NCBI GenBank assembly: GCA_903826775.1 | Contig: CAIKFU010000050.1 | Location: 5,618-69,617 of the forward strand | DNA length: 64,000 bases | Reading direction: 5' to 3' | Source of the DNA: an uncultured beta proteobacterium | Lineage (GTDB): Bacteria; Pseudomonadota; Gammaproteobacteria; Burkholderiales; Burkholderiaceae | In this document: piece by piece, positions 1 to 10,198 of the stretch | Layout: every line of letters starts with the position of its first letter | How positions within the stretch are numbered: the first letter of the stretch is position 1 | Translations under genes and position numbers: made by a program | The notes under the pieces: model-generated | Databases searched by the model: none | The model's input: only the letters and a program-made list of their open reading frames with translations | Told to the model about the DNA's origin: nothing

Positions 1-1714
1 CATCATGTAAATCTTGAATAAATTTCCTCGCGCCATCGTCAGATAAAAGATTGGATGCAACCGAAACAGAACGTGAAGCATCTGGAACATACACAACTGG
101 GCCATCGTAATGGGGTGCAATCTTTACCGCTGTGTGAACGCGCGAGGTAGTAGCGCCCCCTATCATCAACGGTATCTTGCGATCACGAAAATATTCATCT
201 CGCTGCATCTCTTGTGCTACATAAGTCATCTCTTCGAGGGAGGGAGTAATTAAACCGGATAAACCCACTATATCCGCCTTTTCTTCCCTTGCTTTCTTCA
301 GTATTTCAGCGCACGGAACCATCACGCCCATATTGACTACTTCAAAATTATTACACTGCAATACCACCGTGACGATGTTCTTTCCAATGTCGTGAACATC
401 TCCCTTTACGGTGGCCATAACAATTTTTCCTTTGGCCTTGGCTTCTCCACCTGCCGCAATATGTTGCCGCTTCTCTTCTTCAATGTAGGGAATCAATATG
501 GCTACGGCTTGTTTCATTACACGTGCGCTTTTAACCACCTGCGGTAAAAACATCTTTCCAGCGCCAAATAAATCGCCAACGACGTTCATTCCATCCATTA
601 ATGGGCCCTCAATCAATTCGATTGGCCTGCCCCCCGCACCCATAATTTCTGCTCGAAGTATTTCTGTATCTTCTTCTATAAAGTTTGTAACTCCATGCAC
701 TAGGGCATGCGTCAATCGATCTCGAACTGGGGCTTCACGCCAAACCAAATTCTCTTGCCGTTTAATACCATCACCTTTAAATGCTTCGGCAATAGCCAAC
801 AATCGCTCGGTGGGTGTCAGGCCATCTCTTTCCTTATACCGATTTAGCACCACATCCTCAACTCCGTCACGCAACTCGGAATCCAAATCAGCATAAACGC
901 CTAATTGACCAGCATTAACAATGCCCATATCCATGCCGGCTTGAGTTGCATGATATAAAAACACTGTGTGGATTGCTTCTCGAACACGATCATTCCCACG
1001 AAATGAAAAGCTAACATTGGATACGCCACCGCTTACTTTTGCACCAGGAAGGTTTTCTTTAATCCATCGCGTAGCATTGATGAAATCAACTGCATAATTG
1101 TCATGCTCTTCAATCCCGGTAGCAATCGCAAAAATATTTGGATCAAAAATAATGTCTTCTGCGGGAAATTTAATTTCATCTACGAGTATTTGATAGCAAC
1201 GCCTACAAATCTCAGTTTTACGCTTAAATGTATCAGCTTGCCCTAATTCATCAAAAGCCATCACCACGGTTGCTGCGCCATACCGTCGGATTAACTGAGC
1301 TTGCTTCCTAAAAGACTCTTCGCCTTCTTTCAATGAAATTGAATTGACAATAGACTTTCCTTGAACGCATTTCAAGCCGGCCTCGATGACAGTCCACTTT
1401 GAAGAATCAATCATCACAGGTACGCGGGCAATATCCGGTTCTGAGGCGATTAGGTTTAAAAACCGAATCATCGCCGCCTCAGAATCCAACATGGCTTCAT
1501 CCATATTGATATCTATCACTTGAGCACCATTTTCTACTTGCTGCCTAGCAACTGCCAAAGCTTCATCGAATTGATTATTTAAAATCATGCGAGAGAAAGC
1601 TTTTGAACCTGTAACGTTTGTCCTTTCGCCAATATTTACAAAACCTACTTCCGGCGTAACATTAAATGACTCAAGGCCAGACAACTTCATCGCTGGTAAG
1701 GTCTTCTTACTCAT
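1..1714 (-). CDS. metH: Cobalamin-dependent methionine synthase, pterin-binding + B12-binding modules (separate polypeptide). The C-terminal part runs off the window at position 1.
   Basis: My own translation of the minus strand from ATG 1714..1712 gives [40 protein letters not shown], the MetH pterin-binding module. The same frame at 400..383 reads DVHDIG (DxHxxG cobalamin-ligand motif), then [15 protein letters not shown] and [13 protein letters not shown]. The ORF track omits it because the frame is still open at the window edge. Confidence 0.9.
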   Translation of the reverse strand, partial: MSKKTLPAMKLSGLESFNVTPEVGFVNIGERTNVTGSKAFSRMILNNQFDEALAVARQQVENGAQVIDINMDEAMLDSEAAMIRFLNLIASEPDIARVPVMIDSSKWTVIEAGLKCVQGKSIVNSISLKEGEESFRKQAQLIRRYGAATVVMAFDELGQADTFKRKTEICRRCYQILVDEIKFPAEDIIFDPNIFAIATGIEEHDNYAVDFINATRWIKENLPGAKVSGGVSNVSFSFRGNDRVREAIHTVFLYHATQAGMDMGIVNAGQLGVYADLDSELRDGVEDVVLNRYKERDGLTPTERLLAIAEAFKGDGIKRQENLVWREAPVRDRLTHALVHGVTNFIEEDTEILRAEIMGAGGRPIELIEGPLMDGMNVVGDLFGAGKMFLPQVVKSARVMKQAVAILIPYIEEEKRQHIAAGGEAKAKGKIVMATVKGDVHDIGKNIVTVVLQCNNFEVVNMGVMVPCAEILKKAREEKADIVGLSGLITPSLEEMTYVAQEMQRDEYFRDRKIPLMIGGATTSRVHTAVKIAPHYDGPVVYVPDASRSVSVASNLLSDDGARKFIQDLHD

Positions 1715-2774
1715 CCCGATACCCGTCCTCTTCTCTATAAAACGGACGGGGTGCCCTTTTCGTAACCGCATTTGCAATAGCCCGAATATGATCAGGGGTT
1801 GTGCCGCAGCAACCACCTACCAAATTTACCAGCCCATCTTTTGCAAATCCATCCACTAATTGAGAAGTAATTTCCGGAGTTTCATCAAATCCGGTATCGC
1901 TCATTGGATTGGGCAATCCAGCATTCGGATAGCAAGAAATCGCTGCATTGCAAATTCGTGCAAGCTCTGCAATATACGGTCGCATTAATGCAGCTCCAAG
2001 AGCGCAGTTCAAACCAAATGTGAGCGGCTGAATATGGCGCAAGCTATTCCAGAATGCCTCTACAGTTTGTCCCGATAGAATCCGACCGGAAGCATCTGTT
2101 ACCGTTCCTGAAATCATGACCGGCAAACGCTCACCGGTTGCCTCAAAAAATTCATCCAAGGCGAACAATGCAGCCTTTGCATTTAAAGTATCAAAAATGG
2201 TTTCCACTAAAAAAAGGTCGGCCCCCCCTAAAAAGAGGCCTTCAATTTGCTCACGGTAAGAATTACGCAATAAATCAAAGGTGATATTGCGCGCTCCAGG
2301 GTCATTCACGTCAGGAGATATGCTTGCTGTTTTTGGGGTCGGCCCTATTGCGCCGGCAACAAATCTCGGCTTTAAAGGGCTACTAAATTTAAGACAGGCT
2401 TCACGGGCAATTCTGGCGGCTGCTTCATTCATCTCTCTTGCCAGCCCAGCCATTTTGTAGTCTTCTTGGGCTACTGAAGTCGCTCCAAAGGTATTGGTCT
2501 CAATAATATCTGCACCAGCTTCTAAATACTGCTCATGAATAGTGCGAATTATTTGAGGCTGAGTTAGCACCAATAATTCATTATTCCCCTTAACGTCCCT
2601 GGGATGACTTGCAAACCGCTGATTGTCTGGTAGGCCACGATAATCATCTTCAGAAAGCTTGTATTGCTGAATCATGGTTCCCATCGCGCCATCAAGAATC
2701 AAAATTCGCTCTCTTAGCAGGCTAGGCAACGCATTACCGCGTGTATAAGTGGGGATATGGCCAGTATTTTGCAT
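1707..2774 (-). CDS. metH: Methionine synthase homocysteine-binding module (homocysteine S-methyltransferase domain), stand-alone 355 aa
   Basis: The ORF-track protein contains [20 protein letters not shown] and [12 protein letters not shown], which match the MetH N-terminal Hcy-binding barrel. Its TAA stop (1707..1709) overlaps the ATG at 1714..1712 of the next module. Confidence 0.9.
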   Translation of the reverse strand: MQNTGHIPTYTRGNALPSLLRERILILDGAMGTMIQQYKLSEDDYRGLPDNQRFASHPRDVKGNNELLVLTQPQIIRTIHEQYLEAGADIIETNTFGATSVAQEDYKMAGLAREMNEAAARIAREACLKFSSPLKPRFVAGAIGPTPKTASISPDVNDPGARNITFDLLRNSYREQIEGLFLGGADLFLVETIFDTLNAKAALFALDEFFEATGERLPVMISGTVTDASGRILSGQTVEAFWNSLRHIQPLTFGLNCALGAALMRPYIAELARICNAAISCYPNAGLPNPMSDTGFDETPEITSQLVDGFAKDGLVNLVGGCCGTTPDHIRAIANAVTKRAPRPFYREEDGYRDE

Positions 2775-2867
2775 TACCTATATTGTATTTGTTATTAAGT
2801 CTAGGGTTAAGCTTGAAAATCCCTTATTCTATCGAGATTAACTATATAAAGCTGACCAGGAGGTTAT

Positions 2868-3326
2868 ATGTTTGGAACAATTCCGGAATTTAATCAAAGC
2901 CTTGAAATGTTTAAAACCATGTGGGGGCAGAATCCCCTTCCAGGGCAGACCCCCGGTCAATTTCCTTTTACAACCGACACCTCAAAAGCGGGCGGCTTTG
3001 CAAGCGCATTCCCCGGTATGGATGTTGATGAACTTGAAAAGCGGATCAAAGACCTTAAGAGTGTGGAAAATTGGTTGAACCTGAATTTAAATATTCTCAA
3101 ATCCACCATTCAAGGTCTTGAAGTCCAGCATGCAACGATGATGGCACTCAAATCATTCGGTGAGGCTATGTCAGCGTCTGCTACAGCGAACCCTAGCTCA
3201 ACCTCTGCCTCAGGATCAGCCAAACAGCCCTTTGAAACTAAGGAACGGAAAACCGCAAAACCCCGTCAGCGCAAAGCTCGCGGAGCAACTTTCCTTGACG
3301 CTGTAGGTGATTCAGATGGGCAATAG
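2868..3326 (+). CDS. Hypothetical protein, possibly a PhaM-family PHA-granule protein
   Basis: A strong SD (AGGAGG) lies 6 nt upstream of the ATG. The N-terminus MFGTIPEF...MFKTMWG and the central block KDLKSVENWLNLNLNILKSTIQGLEVQ resemble what I remember of Ralstonia PhaM. The tail is short and basic (KERKTAKPRQRKARG). The family assignment comes from memory only. Confidence 0.45.
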   Translation: MFGTIPEFNQSLEMFKTMWGQNPLPGQTPGQFPFTTDTSKAGGFASAFPGMDVDELEKRIKDLKSVENWLNLNLNILKSTIQGLEVQHATMMALKSFGEAMSASATANPSSTSASGSAKQPFETKERKTAKPRQRKARGATFLDAVGDSDGQ

Positions 3327-4317
3327 CCTCGCCCATTGCAAATGTCATCTGATGGATATCCAACTGACGTCTAAATAAGATTGGCACGATTTCTCGTGCA
3401 TGATGTGGCAACTGGCAGGCCTCGACCGTCTCCCTTAGCCTCTCCACATGATGGTCTTGCAGCTGTCGGATGCGAGTTTTAATACCTTTAAATGGTTTTC
3501 CATGCGAAGGCAATACATAAGAATCCGCTGGAAGCGTCTCAAACTTCTCCAAAGAATTCAAATACAACCCCAGAGGATCGCCATCTGGCTCAGATTCATA
3601 AACACTGACATTTGTTGAAATACGAGGCAATACCATGTCACCCGATATCAAAATTCCCAGCGCCTCGCAGTATAGGCAAGCATGTTCTGGAGCGTGTCCA
3701 TAACCCATGGTAATCCGCCACTCCCGACCACCAATCAAAATCGTGTCACCATCCATGATGCGTCGAAAAGAACGCGGCAGCCCAGGGACCATATTGCTAT
3801 AGTAGTTTGTACGTGCGCGGACCTTTACGAGATCATCAGGATCATTAAGCCCGTGTTTTTGAAAAAAATCGGCTGAACCGCCGCCACCGATCTTGGCGGC
3901 AGTTGCGTTTTCACTCGCCTTATGGGTTAGCCAAAGCGAAGTAAGGTAATCAGACATTGACATCCATAACGGCGCCTTCCAACGTTCACATAGCCATTGC
4001 GCTAAACCAACATGGTCAGGATGCATATGGGTAACCAAGATGCGAAGAATGGGTAAATTCTCGAGTTGAGTCACAAAAATCTCTTCCCAAGCGGCACGAG
4101 TTTCGTCATTAGCAATACCACAATCGATTATCGTCCACCCCTTTACCCCCTCGAACTCGTCTCTCAACATCCAAAGATTAATGTGATCAAGCGCAAAAGG
4201 AAGTCGCATCCTCAGCCATTTCACTCCCGGGGCTAATTCAATCGATCCACCAATTTCTGGTAAAGCGTCTCCTAAGGGATATTCAATTTCTGAATCTGAA
4301 ATAGTATTATTTGTCAT
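3238..4317 (-). CDS. MBL-fold metallo-hydrolase
   Basis: 359 aa with the THMHPDHVG (HxHxDH) metal-binding motif and later His/Asp ligands (GYGHAPEH, SGDM). Confidence 0.85.
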   Translation of the reverse strand: MTNNTISDSEIEYPLGDALPEIGGSIELAPGVKWLRMRLPFALDHINLWMLRDEFEGVKGWTIIDCGIANDETRAAWEEIFVTQLENLPILRILVTHMHPDHVGLAQWLCERWKAPLWMSMSDYLTSLWLTHKASENATAAKIGGGGSADFFQKHGLNDPDDLVKVRARTNYYSNMVPGLPRSFRRIMDGDTILIGGREWRITMGYGHAPEHACLYCEALGILISGDMVLPRISTNVSVYESEPDGDPLGLYLNSLEKFETLPADSYVLPSHGKPFKGIKTRIRQLQDHHVERLRETVEACQLPHHAREIVPILFRRQLDIHQMTFAMGEAIAHLNHLQRQGKLLRELCADGVLRFSVP

Positions 4318-4370
4318 TGTTCTATTATGCTTGCTGCTTTATCCATTATTCAAAAATCATACCTGTAAAT

Positions 4371-4553
4371 GTGGCTTTAAGTCCTATTCAATCACCCTGT
4401 AACAATTGGTGCGAAATTAACCCAACAACTATGTATTGCAGGGGATGTTATCGCACGCTTCAAGAAATTACTGACTGGTCACGCTTATCGGATCCAGAAA
4501 AATCGGCAATACTTTTAAAATTAAATACGCGAGCACATACCGAGTTCAAGTAA
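4371..4553 (+). CDS. DUF1289 family small Cys-rich protein
   Basis: SPCNNWCEIN..MYCRGCYRTLQEITDWSRLSDPEKSAIL matches the DUF1289 pattern CxxxC...CxGCxRTxxEIxxW. The longest ORF starts at TTG 4311, but its first 20 codons look non-protein-like, so GTG 4371 is my preferred start. The start remains uncertain. Confidence 0.6.
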   Translation: MALSPIQSPCNNWCEINPTTMYCRGCYRTLQEITDWSRLSDPEKSAILLKLNTRAHTEFK

Positions 4554-4559
4554 TCAATT

Positions 4560-5543
4560 CTAGCGGTTGACATCTACAACCAATCTACCCCGCACCAGGC
4601 CTGCCATCAACTCCTCAGAGCACTTCAAAGCTTCCTCAAGGCTAATCTCTCGAGAAATCTCGTCAAAAATTTTAAAATCGCTCAATCTTCCCAACTGTTC
4701 ATAGGCGACTATCCGTTTTTCCCTGGGAACTGTAACGCTATTGATGCCATATAAAGTTATTCCACGCAAAATAAAAGGGGCTACTGTTGATGGAAAATCC
4801 ATTCCTTGAGCAAGCCCACAAGCAGCAACGGCACCATCGCTTTTAGTTGCGGCACATGCGTTTGCCAATGTATAACTGCCAACGCTATCAATCACACCAG
4901 CCCATCGCTCTTTCGCCAAAGGTTTGCCAGGCATTGATAAAGTTTCCCTATCAATAACCTCTGAAGCGCCAAGTATCTTTAGGTAATCAGCCTCTTGCGT
5001 TCTGCCGCTGCTTGCAACAACCTTAAACCCCAATTTAGCCATCAGAAAAACCGCATAGCTACCAACACCTCCAGTCGCCCCGGTTACCAAAATCTCACCA
5101 TCACTTGGCTTAAGTCCATGCTTTTGCAAAGCCATTACAGATAGCATTGCGGTATATCCAGCCGTACCAATCGCTATAGCCTGCCTAGGAGTAAATGCGC
5201 TAGGAAGATGGATCAGCCAATCTGCTTTTACTCTTGCTTTTTGGGCCAATCCACCCCAATGGGATTCACCCACCCCCCAGCCATTTAAAACCACTTTGTC
5301 GCCTTCTTTAAAATCCGGGCTGGAGCTTTTTAGCACCTCTCCGACAAAATCGATACCGGGTATCATAGGGAAACTGCGTACTACAGGGCCCTTTCCGGTT
5401 ATTGCTAGGCCATCTTTGTAGTTCAACGTTGAATATAAGACCTTTACAGTAACGTCGCCCTCTGGCAGGCTATCTTCATTTAGTTCGGCCAAAGCCGCCC
5501 GATAACCCTTTTCATCTTTATTGATCACAATAGCTTTAAACAT
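4560..5543 (-). CDS. acuI: Acrylyl-CoA reductase / YhdH-type NADPH quinone oxidoreductase (MDR family)
   Basis: Collinear with remembered E. coli YhdH over nearly the full length: LPEGDVTV, SLNYKDGLAITGKG, FPMIPGIDFVG, GWGVGESHWGGLAQKARVKADWL, VTGATGGVGS. Confidence 0.85.
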   Translation of the reverse strand: MFKAIVINKDEKGYRAALAELNEDSLPEGDVTVKVLYSTLNYKDGLAITGKGPVVRSFPMIPGIDFVGEVLKSSSPDFKEGDKVVLNGWGVGESHWGGLAQKARVKADWLIHLPSAFTPRQAIAIGTAGYTAMLSVMALQKHGLKPSDGEILVTGATGGVGSYAVFLMAKLGFKVVASSGRTQEADYLKILGASEVIDRETLSMPGKPLAKERWAGVIDSVGSYTLANACAATKSDGAVAACGLAQGMDFPSTVAPFILRGITLYGINSVTVPREKRIVAYEQLGRLSDFKIFDEISREISLEEALKCSEELMAGLVRGRLVVDVNR

Positions 5544-5618
5544 GACTCTCTTTCCAAAAAAGGCGAAAAAACCCTAAAAGGTTTATCCTAACGAGCATTA
5601 TTAATTATGGAGGATTCC

Positions 5619-5912
5619 ATGAAAAAAATTCTACTATTAACTGTTACCTGTGGCTTATTTATTGGCTGCTCTTCAAGCGAAGTCAACATGTCTATGGGAA
5701 ATATGCGATTAATTCGCTCAAGCGACACTCCACAAGCAGTAATGGATTTCGCCTCAATGGTTTGCAAAAACGACTTCTACGTAGGTGCAAGCTTTTTATC
5801 CAAAGCCGGAAAAGAATATCGCTTTAAGTGCGTAAAGGCCGTGGAAAACGAAATTTTAATCCCTATTCCCGGAACTGAGATTAATCCTATGCCAGTCCCT
5901 GCCCCAAAATAA
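5619..5912 (+). CDS. Hypothetical lipoprotein
   Basis: MKKILLLTVTCGLFIGCSS is a signal peptide with a lipobox. GGAGG (5609..5613) sits 5 nt upstream of ATG 5619. The ORF-track start at 5607 overlaps that SD. Confidence 0.6.
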   Translation: MKKILLLTVTCGLFIGCSSSEVNMSMGNMRLIRSSDTPQAVMDFASMVCKNDFYVGASFLSKAGKEYRFKCVKAVENEILIPIPGTEINPMPVPAPK

Positions 5913-5922
5913 TTATAAATCG

Positions 5923-6426
5923 ATGACCCCACTTAATTCCCATGAACTTCGAAAGGGATTTTCTTCTTTTGCGACTGGTGTAACAGTCATTACCTGTATT
6001 GATATGGATGGAATCATTGCTGGCGTGACAATTAATTCATTTAACACAGTATCTCTTGAGCCTCCTCTGATTTTATGGAGCTTAACAAAAAACTCTCGAT
6101 TAATGCCACTATTCACGGTTGGTCATAAGCAATTGATTCATGTTTTAGACCGCTCTCAAGAAAAACTTGCTGTACGTTTTGCCAAAATTAAACACGAACA
6201 GTTTATCGGTGTTGAACACCACTTAACTTTAAATGGACTAGCGAAAATATCTGGTTGCGTGGCTTATTTTGAATGCGAAACAGTTGCAGTGCACCCTGGC
6301 GGTGATCACAATATTATTGTTGCCAAAGTATTAAGTTTAGAGGACCATCCTGATCGAGAACCGCTAATTTTTGCACGTAGCAAATTTGTTGGGCTCAATC
6401 TCACTGAGAGCAGCCTAAGTCAATAA
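5923..6426 (+). CDS. Flavin reductase family protein (FMN-binding split barrel)
   Basis: LRKGFSSFATGVTVIT....GVTINSFNTVSLEPPLILWSL is the typical flavin reductase-like domain signature. Confidence 0.8.
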   Translation: MTPLNSHELRKGFSSFATGVTVITCIDMDGIIAGVTINSFNTVSLEPPLILWSLTKNSRLMPLFTVGHKQLIHVLDRSQEKLAVRFAKIKHEQFIGVEHHLTLNGLAKISGCVAYFECETVAVHPGGDHNIIVAKVLSLEDHPDREPLIFARSKFVGLNLTESSLSQ

Positions 6427-6451
6427 CTTTAGTACTAAAAGGGATTATTCA

Positions 6452-7111
6452 ATGATGCGATTATGGGGCCGCAAAAGTTCGATCAATGTTCAAAAAGTTT
6501 TGTGGTGCCTTGATGAACTGAGCCTAAAGGAAAGTCGTGATTTTGAGCGTATTGATGCAGGACTGCACTTTGGAATCAATAGGAGTCCTGAATTTTTAGA
6601 ATTGAATCCCAATGGACTGGTGCCAACACTAGATGATGAAGGCTTAATCTTATGGGAATCCAACACCGTGATGCGCTATCTAGTAAGAAAATATGACAGT
6701 CAGGAAAAATTTCCAAAGGATATTGCTAGTCAATACTCTTCAGAAAAATGGTTAGACTGGCAACTTGGAACAGTGTGGCCTTCGCTTCGGGGCCCATTTC
6801 TTGGATTAACCCGAGTACCAGAAAATGAAAGAAATTATGCTTCTATTCTTAAGGGCTATCAAGATTCCGATGCTCTTTTTGGACTACTTGATAAGTCTTT
6901 AGCTAAAACTGATTTTTGCTCTGGTAATCAATTTCATATTGGCGATATCGCCCTAGCACTATGTGTTAATCGCTGGATTTTGTTAAATGAAACATTCCCG
7001 GAAAAAACCGGATATCGATCCAATTATAAGAATATCGACAGATGGTTTAAACGTATCCATCAAGAAACCCAATTCTCCAATATTGCCGAAAATCAACTCA
7101 ATATCATTTAG
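6452..7111 (+). CDS. Glutathione S-transferase (GstB/YliJ-like)
   Basis: MRLWGRKSSINVQKVLWCLDEL, NPNGLVPTL and ILWESNTVMRYL are collinear with remembered E. coli GstB. Confidence 0.85.
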   Translation: MMRLWGRKSSINVQKVLWCLDELSLKESRDFERIDAGLHFGINRSPEFLELNPNGLVPTLDDEGLILWESNTVMRYLVRKYDSQEKFPKDIASQYSSEKWLDWQLGTVWPSLRGPFLGLTRVPENERNYASILKGYQDSDALFGLLDKSLAKTDFCSGNQFHIGDIALALCVNRWILLNETFPEKTGYRSNYKNIDRWFKRIHQETQFSNIAENQLNII

Positions 7112-7155
7112 TGGATTGACTGAGATACAAATCTGATATTGCCTTTAAATACGTA

Positions 7156-10100
7156 TCAGGTTTGTTTAAATTTCTTAGTATGATGATCAGAACTTAAGAA
7201 TAAATACATTGCCGGAACTACAAATAATGTAAACAAAGTTCCAATAGATAGTCCTGTAAAGATCACAATTCCCATTGATTGGCGCCCTGCAGCGCCAGCC
7301 CCTGAAGCGACAACCAAAGGCACCACACCCAAGACCATGGCAGCCGTTGTCATAAGAATAGGTCTCAAGCGAACGCTACTCGCTTCTATGATGGCATCCA
7401 ATTTACTGCGTCCAGCCTCTTGCAATTCATTTGCAAACTCAACAATCAAAATACCATGTTTACTAATAAGACCCATCAATGTTACTAGCCCCACTTGGGT
7501 ATAAACATTCAAAGTGGTAAATCCCAAATTAATAAAAATCAACGCTCCAAACAAAGCAAGGGGCACCGAAACTAAAATAACAACTGGATCACGAAAACTT
7601 TCGAACTGTGCCGCCAACACCAAAAAAACAATTAAGATCGCAAAGAACATGGTAACCAAAAATCCACCTGACTCAGACATAAATTGGCGCGATGGACCGG
7701 CATAGTCCATCGTGTACCCAGTTGGGGCAACCTCTTTTAAAGTCTGCCTCATATATTCAAGAATCTCTGCTTGAGATGCAAAAGGAGTTCCCACGCCCGA
7801 GATGGTTGCTGAATTTAATTGCTGGAAATGATTAATTGATTGGGGGACGACTTTCTGGCGAATTTTGGCTACTGTTCGTGCCTGGATCATCGCACCACTA
7901 GGGGTGCGAATGTAGTAATCTAAAATTTGATCAGGGTTTAATCGGTCTACCTGCTTGACCTGAGGAATTACACGATACGATCTACCGGCAACTGAAAAAT
8001 AATTTACATAACCTCCACCCAAAGCTGAAGATAGCGCATTGCCAACATCTTTTTGCGTCATTCCCAAAGCGGCAACCTTTTCACGATCGATCTCCAGCAC
8101 ATCTTGCGGCTTATCTATCTTTAGATCCGAATCTACGAAAAAGAAAATGCCGCTTTTACGGGCTTTATCCAAAACGGCTTGAGAAACCTCGTTCAGATTT
8201 TCATATGACTCGGTAGTATTAATCACCACCTGAACAGGCAATCCCTGAGCGCCAGGCAAAGCTGGGAATTGAAAAGCGGCCACGCGAGCCCCAGCAATAG
8301 TATTCCACTTGTTTTGCATATCCTGTTGAAATGTCGTGGCATTGCGGCTTCGCTGCCCCCAATCCTTTAATAGCACCCCTCCAAAACTAGTAGTTGGACT
8401 GGTAATCTGGAACATCTGCGCATACTCAGGTTCTGCACTTGAAATTGCATAAATTTGATCGGCATATGTTTGCATCTGACTTACCGTTGAATTCGGTGGG
8501 CCAGAAGCCTGCATTAAAACAATTCCCTGATCTTCTGTTGGCGCCAATTCTGAGCGTGAGGTGGCATATAAATACGTTACTCCGCCCAGTAAAATAACCC
8601 CCATCACAATAATTACTTGCCAAGTACTTAACAATTCTCGTAATGTATTTTGATAGCTATGATGAACGCGATCAAAAATCCTATCAATTTTTTGAACAAA
8701 TGGTGACGATTCCTGTTCTTCAGTAAAGATACGTGAACACATCATCGGGGAAAGCGTTAGTGCAATCAAACCCGATACCGCTACTGCACTAGCCAACGTG
8801 AATGCAAACTCAGTAAATAAGGCTCCGGTAAGACCGCCCTGAAACCCAATAGGGATATAGACAGCAATCAATACAACTGTCATTGCTAAAATTGGGCTTG
8901 CTAACTCTCTAGCTGCTATCAACGCCGCTTCTAATGGCGATTTTCCCTCTTTCATATGACGATCAACATTCTCAACAATAATAATTGCATCATCTACAAC
9001 GAGACCAATTGCCAGAACTAGAGCCAATAAAGTGAGTAAATTGATTGAATACCCCAATACTTGCATCAAGAAAAATGTACCAATTAACGAAAGCGGCATT
9101 GCAATTACTGGAACGGCAACCGCTCGATAGCTTCCTAAAAACAAGTAGATGACAATCGTTACGATCACCAAAGCTTCTAATAATGTCTTCACAACTTCAT
9201 CGATGGAAGTTGTAATGAATTCAGTCGAATCATAAACAATCTTGCCTGACAATCCTGTCGGCAATTGCTTTACTATCGGCGGGAAAGCATCCCTTAAGCG
9301 TTGAGCTACACTCAACAAATTTGCATCAGGTGCAACTTTAATACCAAAAAACACTGACTGTTTACCGCTAAAAGCAACATTTGTGTTGTAGTCTTCTGAG
9401 CCCAAACTAACAACTGCAACCTGATCTAAATAAACAAGATTGACTCCATCTCTCTTTACTACAAGCCTACGGAATTCCTCTAGACTGTGTAAATCAGTGC
9501 CAGCGACCAAATCCACTGCAACCATATCGCCCTTAGTACTCCCAACCGCAGACAAATAGTTATTTGCAGCCATGGCGTTATACACATCATCCGCACCCAC
9601 TCCAAGCCCAGCCATTTTTTCTCGATCCAACCAAGCGCGTAGAGCAAATTTTCTACCACCGATAATTTCAGCATTTTGCACACCATCAACTGAATCCAGT
9701 TTCGGCTTTACAACCCTAAGTAAATAATCTGTAACGCTGTTATTTGGGATTTCATCACTATAAAAACCCATATACATTGCTGCTGTTGACTGTCCAATCT
9801 GGACCGTCAACACAGGTTGTTGAGCCTGCGGTGGGAGTTGATTTTTTACTGAACTAATTTGGGTTTGAATCTGTGTTAACGCCTTATTGGAGTCATAATT
9901 CAATTTAAGCGTAGCGATAATGTTTGATACTCCGCTCACACTTGTAGAAGATAAATAATCTATCCCTTGGGATTGTGCAATTGCGGCCTCTAAGGGCTGA
10001 GTAATAAAACCGGCAATAGTTTCAGGATCAGCACCATAATAGGCCGTACTAATAGTAACGATGGCATTTTGGGTTTGTGGATATTGATTCACAGGTAAAG

Positions 10101-10191
10101 TACCTGCAGCCTTTAATCCAAAAATAAGCACTAGCGCACTTACTACCAAAGATAGCACCGGCCTTCGAATGAATAGATCAGTCCAATTCAT
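7156..10191 (-). CDS. RND efflux transporter permease (HAE1/AcrB-MdtBC type)
   Basis: 1011 aa. N-terminus MNWTDLFIRRPVLS, VVDDAIIIVENV, and the typical 12-TM, two-large-loop architecture. Confidence 0.95.
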   Translation of the reverse strand: MNWTDLFIRRPVLSLVVSALVLIFGLKAAGTLPVNQYPQTQNAIVTISTAYYGADPETIAGFITQPLEAAIAQSQGIDYLSSTSVSGVSNIIATLKLNYDSNKALTQIQTQISSVKNQLPPQAQQPVLTVQIGQSTAAMYMGFYSDEIPNNSVTDYLLRVVKPKLDSVDGVQNAEIIGGRKFALRAWLDREKMAGLGVGADDVYNAMAANNYLSAVGSTKGDMVAVDLVAGTDLHSLEEFRRLVVKRDGVNLVYLDQVAVVSLGSEDYNTNVAFSGKQSVFFGIKVAPDANLLSVAQRLRDAFPPIVKQLPTGLSGKIVYDSTEFITTSIDEVVKTLLEALVIVTIVIYLFLGSYRAVAVPVIAMPLSLIGTFFLMQVLGYSINLLTLLALVLAIGLVVDDAIIIVENVDRHMKEGKSPLEAALIAARELASPILAMTVVLIAVYIPIGFQGGLTGALFTEFAFTLASAVAVSGLIALTLSPMMCSRIFTEEQESSPFVQKIDRIFDRVHHSYQNTLRELLSTWQVIIVMGVILLGGVTYLYATSRSELAPTEDQGIVLMQASGPPNSTVSQMQTYADQIYAISSAEPEYAQMFQITSPTTSFGGVLLKDWGQRSRNATTFQQDMQNKWNTIAGARVAAFQFPALPGAQGLPVQVVINTTESYENLNEVSQAVLDKARKSGIFFFVDSDLKIDKPQDVLEIDREKVAALGMTQKDVGNALSSALGGGYVNYFSVAGRSYRVIPQVKQVDRLNPDQILDYYIRTPSGAMIQARTVAKIRQKVVPQSINHFQQLNSATISGVGTPFASQAEILEYMRQTLKEVAPTGYTMDYAGPSRQFMSESGGFLVTMFFAILIVFLVLAAQFESFRDPVVILVSVPLALFGALIFINLGFTTLNVYTQVGLVTLMGLISKHGILIVEFANELQEAGRSKLDAIIEASSVRLRPILMTTAAMVLGVVPLVVASGAGAAGRQSMGIVIFTGLSIGTLFTLFVVPAMYLFLSSDHHTKKFKQT

Positions 10192-10198
10192 TAACGTG

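Noticed and set aside
498-896. Long ORFs antisense to well-supported genes: 498..896, 21548..22054, 36760..37284, 44232..44717, 54973..55437, 56267..56683, 62310..62792, plus many 60-110 aa frames in the track.
   Set aside because: Each lies fully inside a gene whose opposite-strand product shows strong, full-length family signatures (metH, NDUFA9-like, dksA, mreB/mreC, amidohydrolase, TetR, prfC). Their translations are low-complexity or Ser/Arg/Pro-rich with no recognisable motifs, which is typical of shadow ORFs.
7127-7165. An imperfect inverted repeat, ACAAATCTGATA-N15-TATCAGGTTTGT, between the GST gene and the RND gene, as a possible bidirectional terminator.
   Set aside because: It has one mismatch, a 15-nt loop and an AT-rich stem, and its 3' arm lies inside the RND coding end. 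The evidence is too weak to call.
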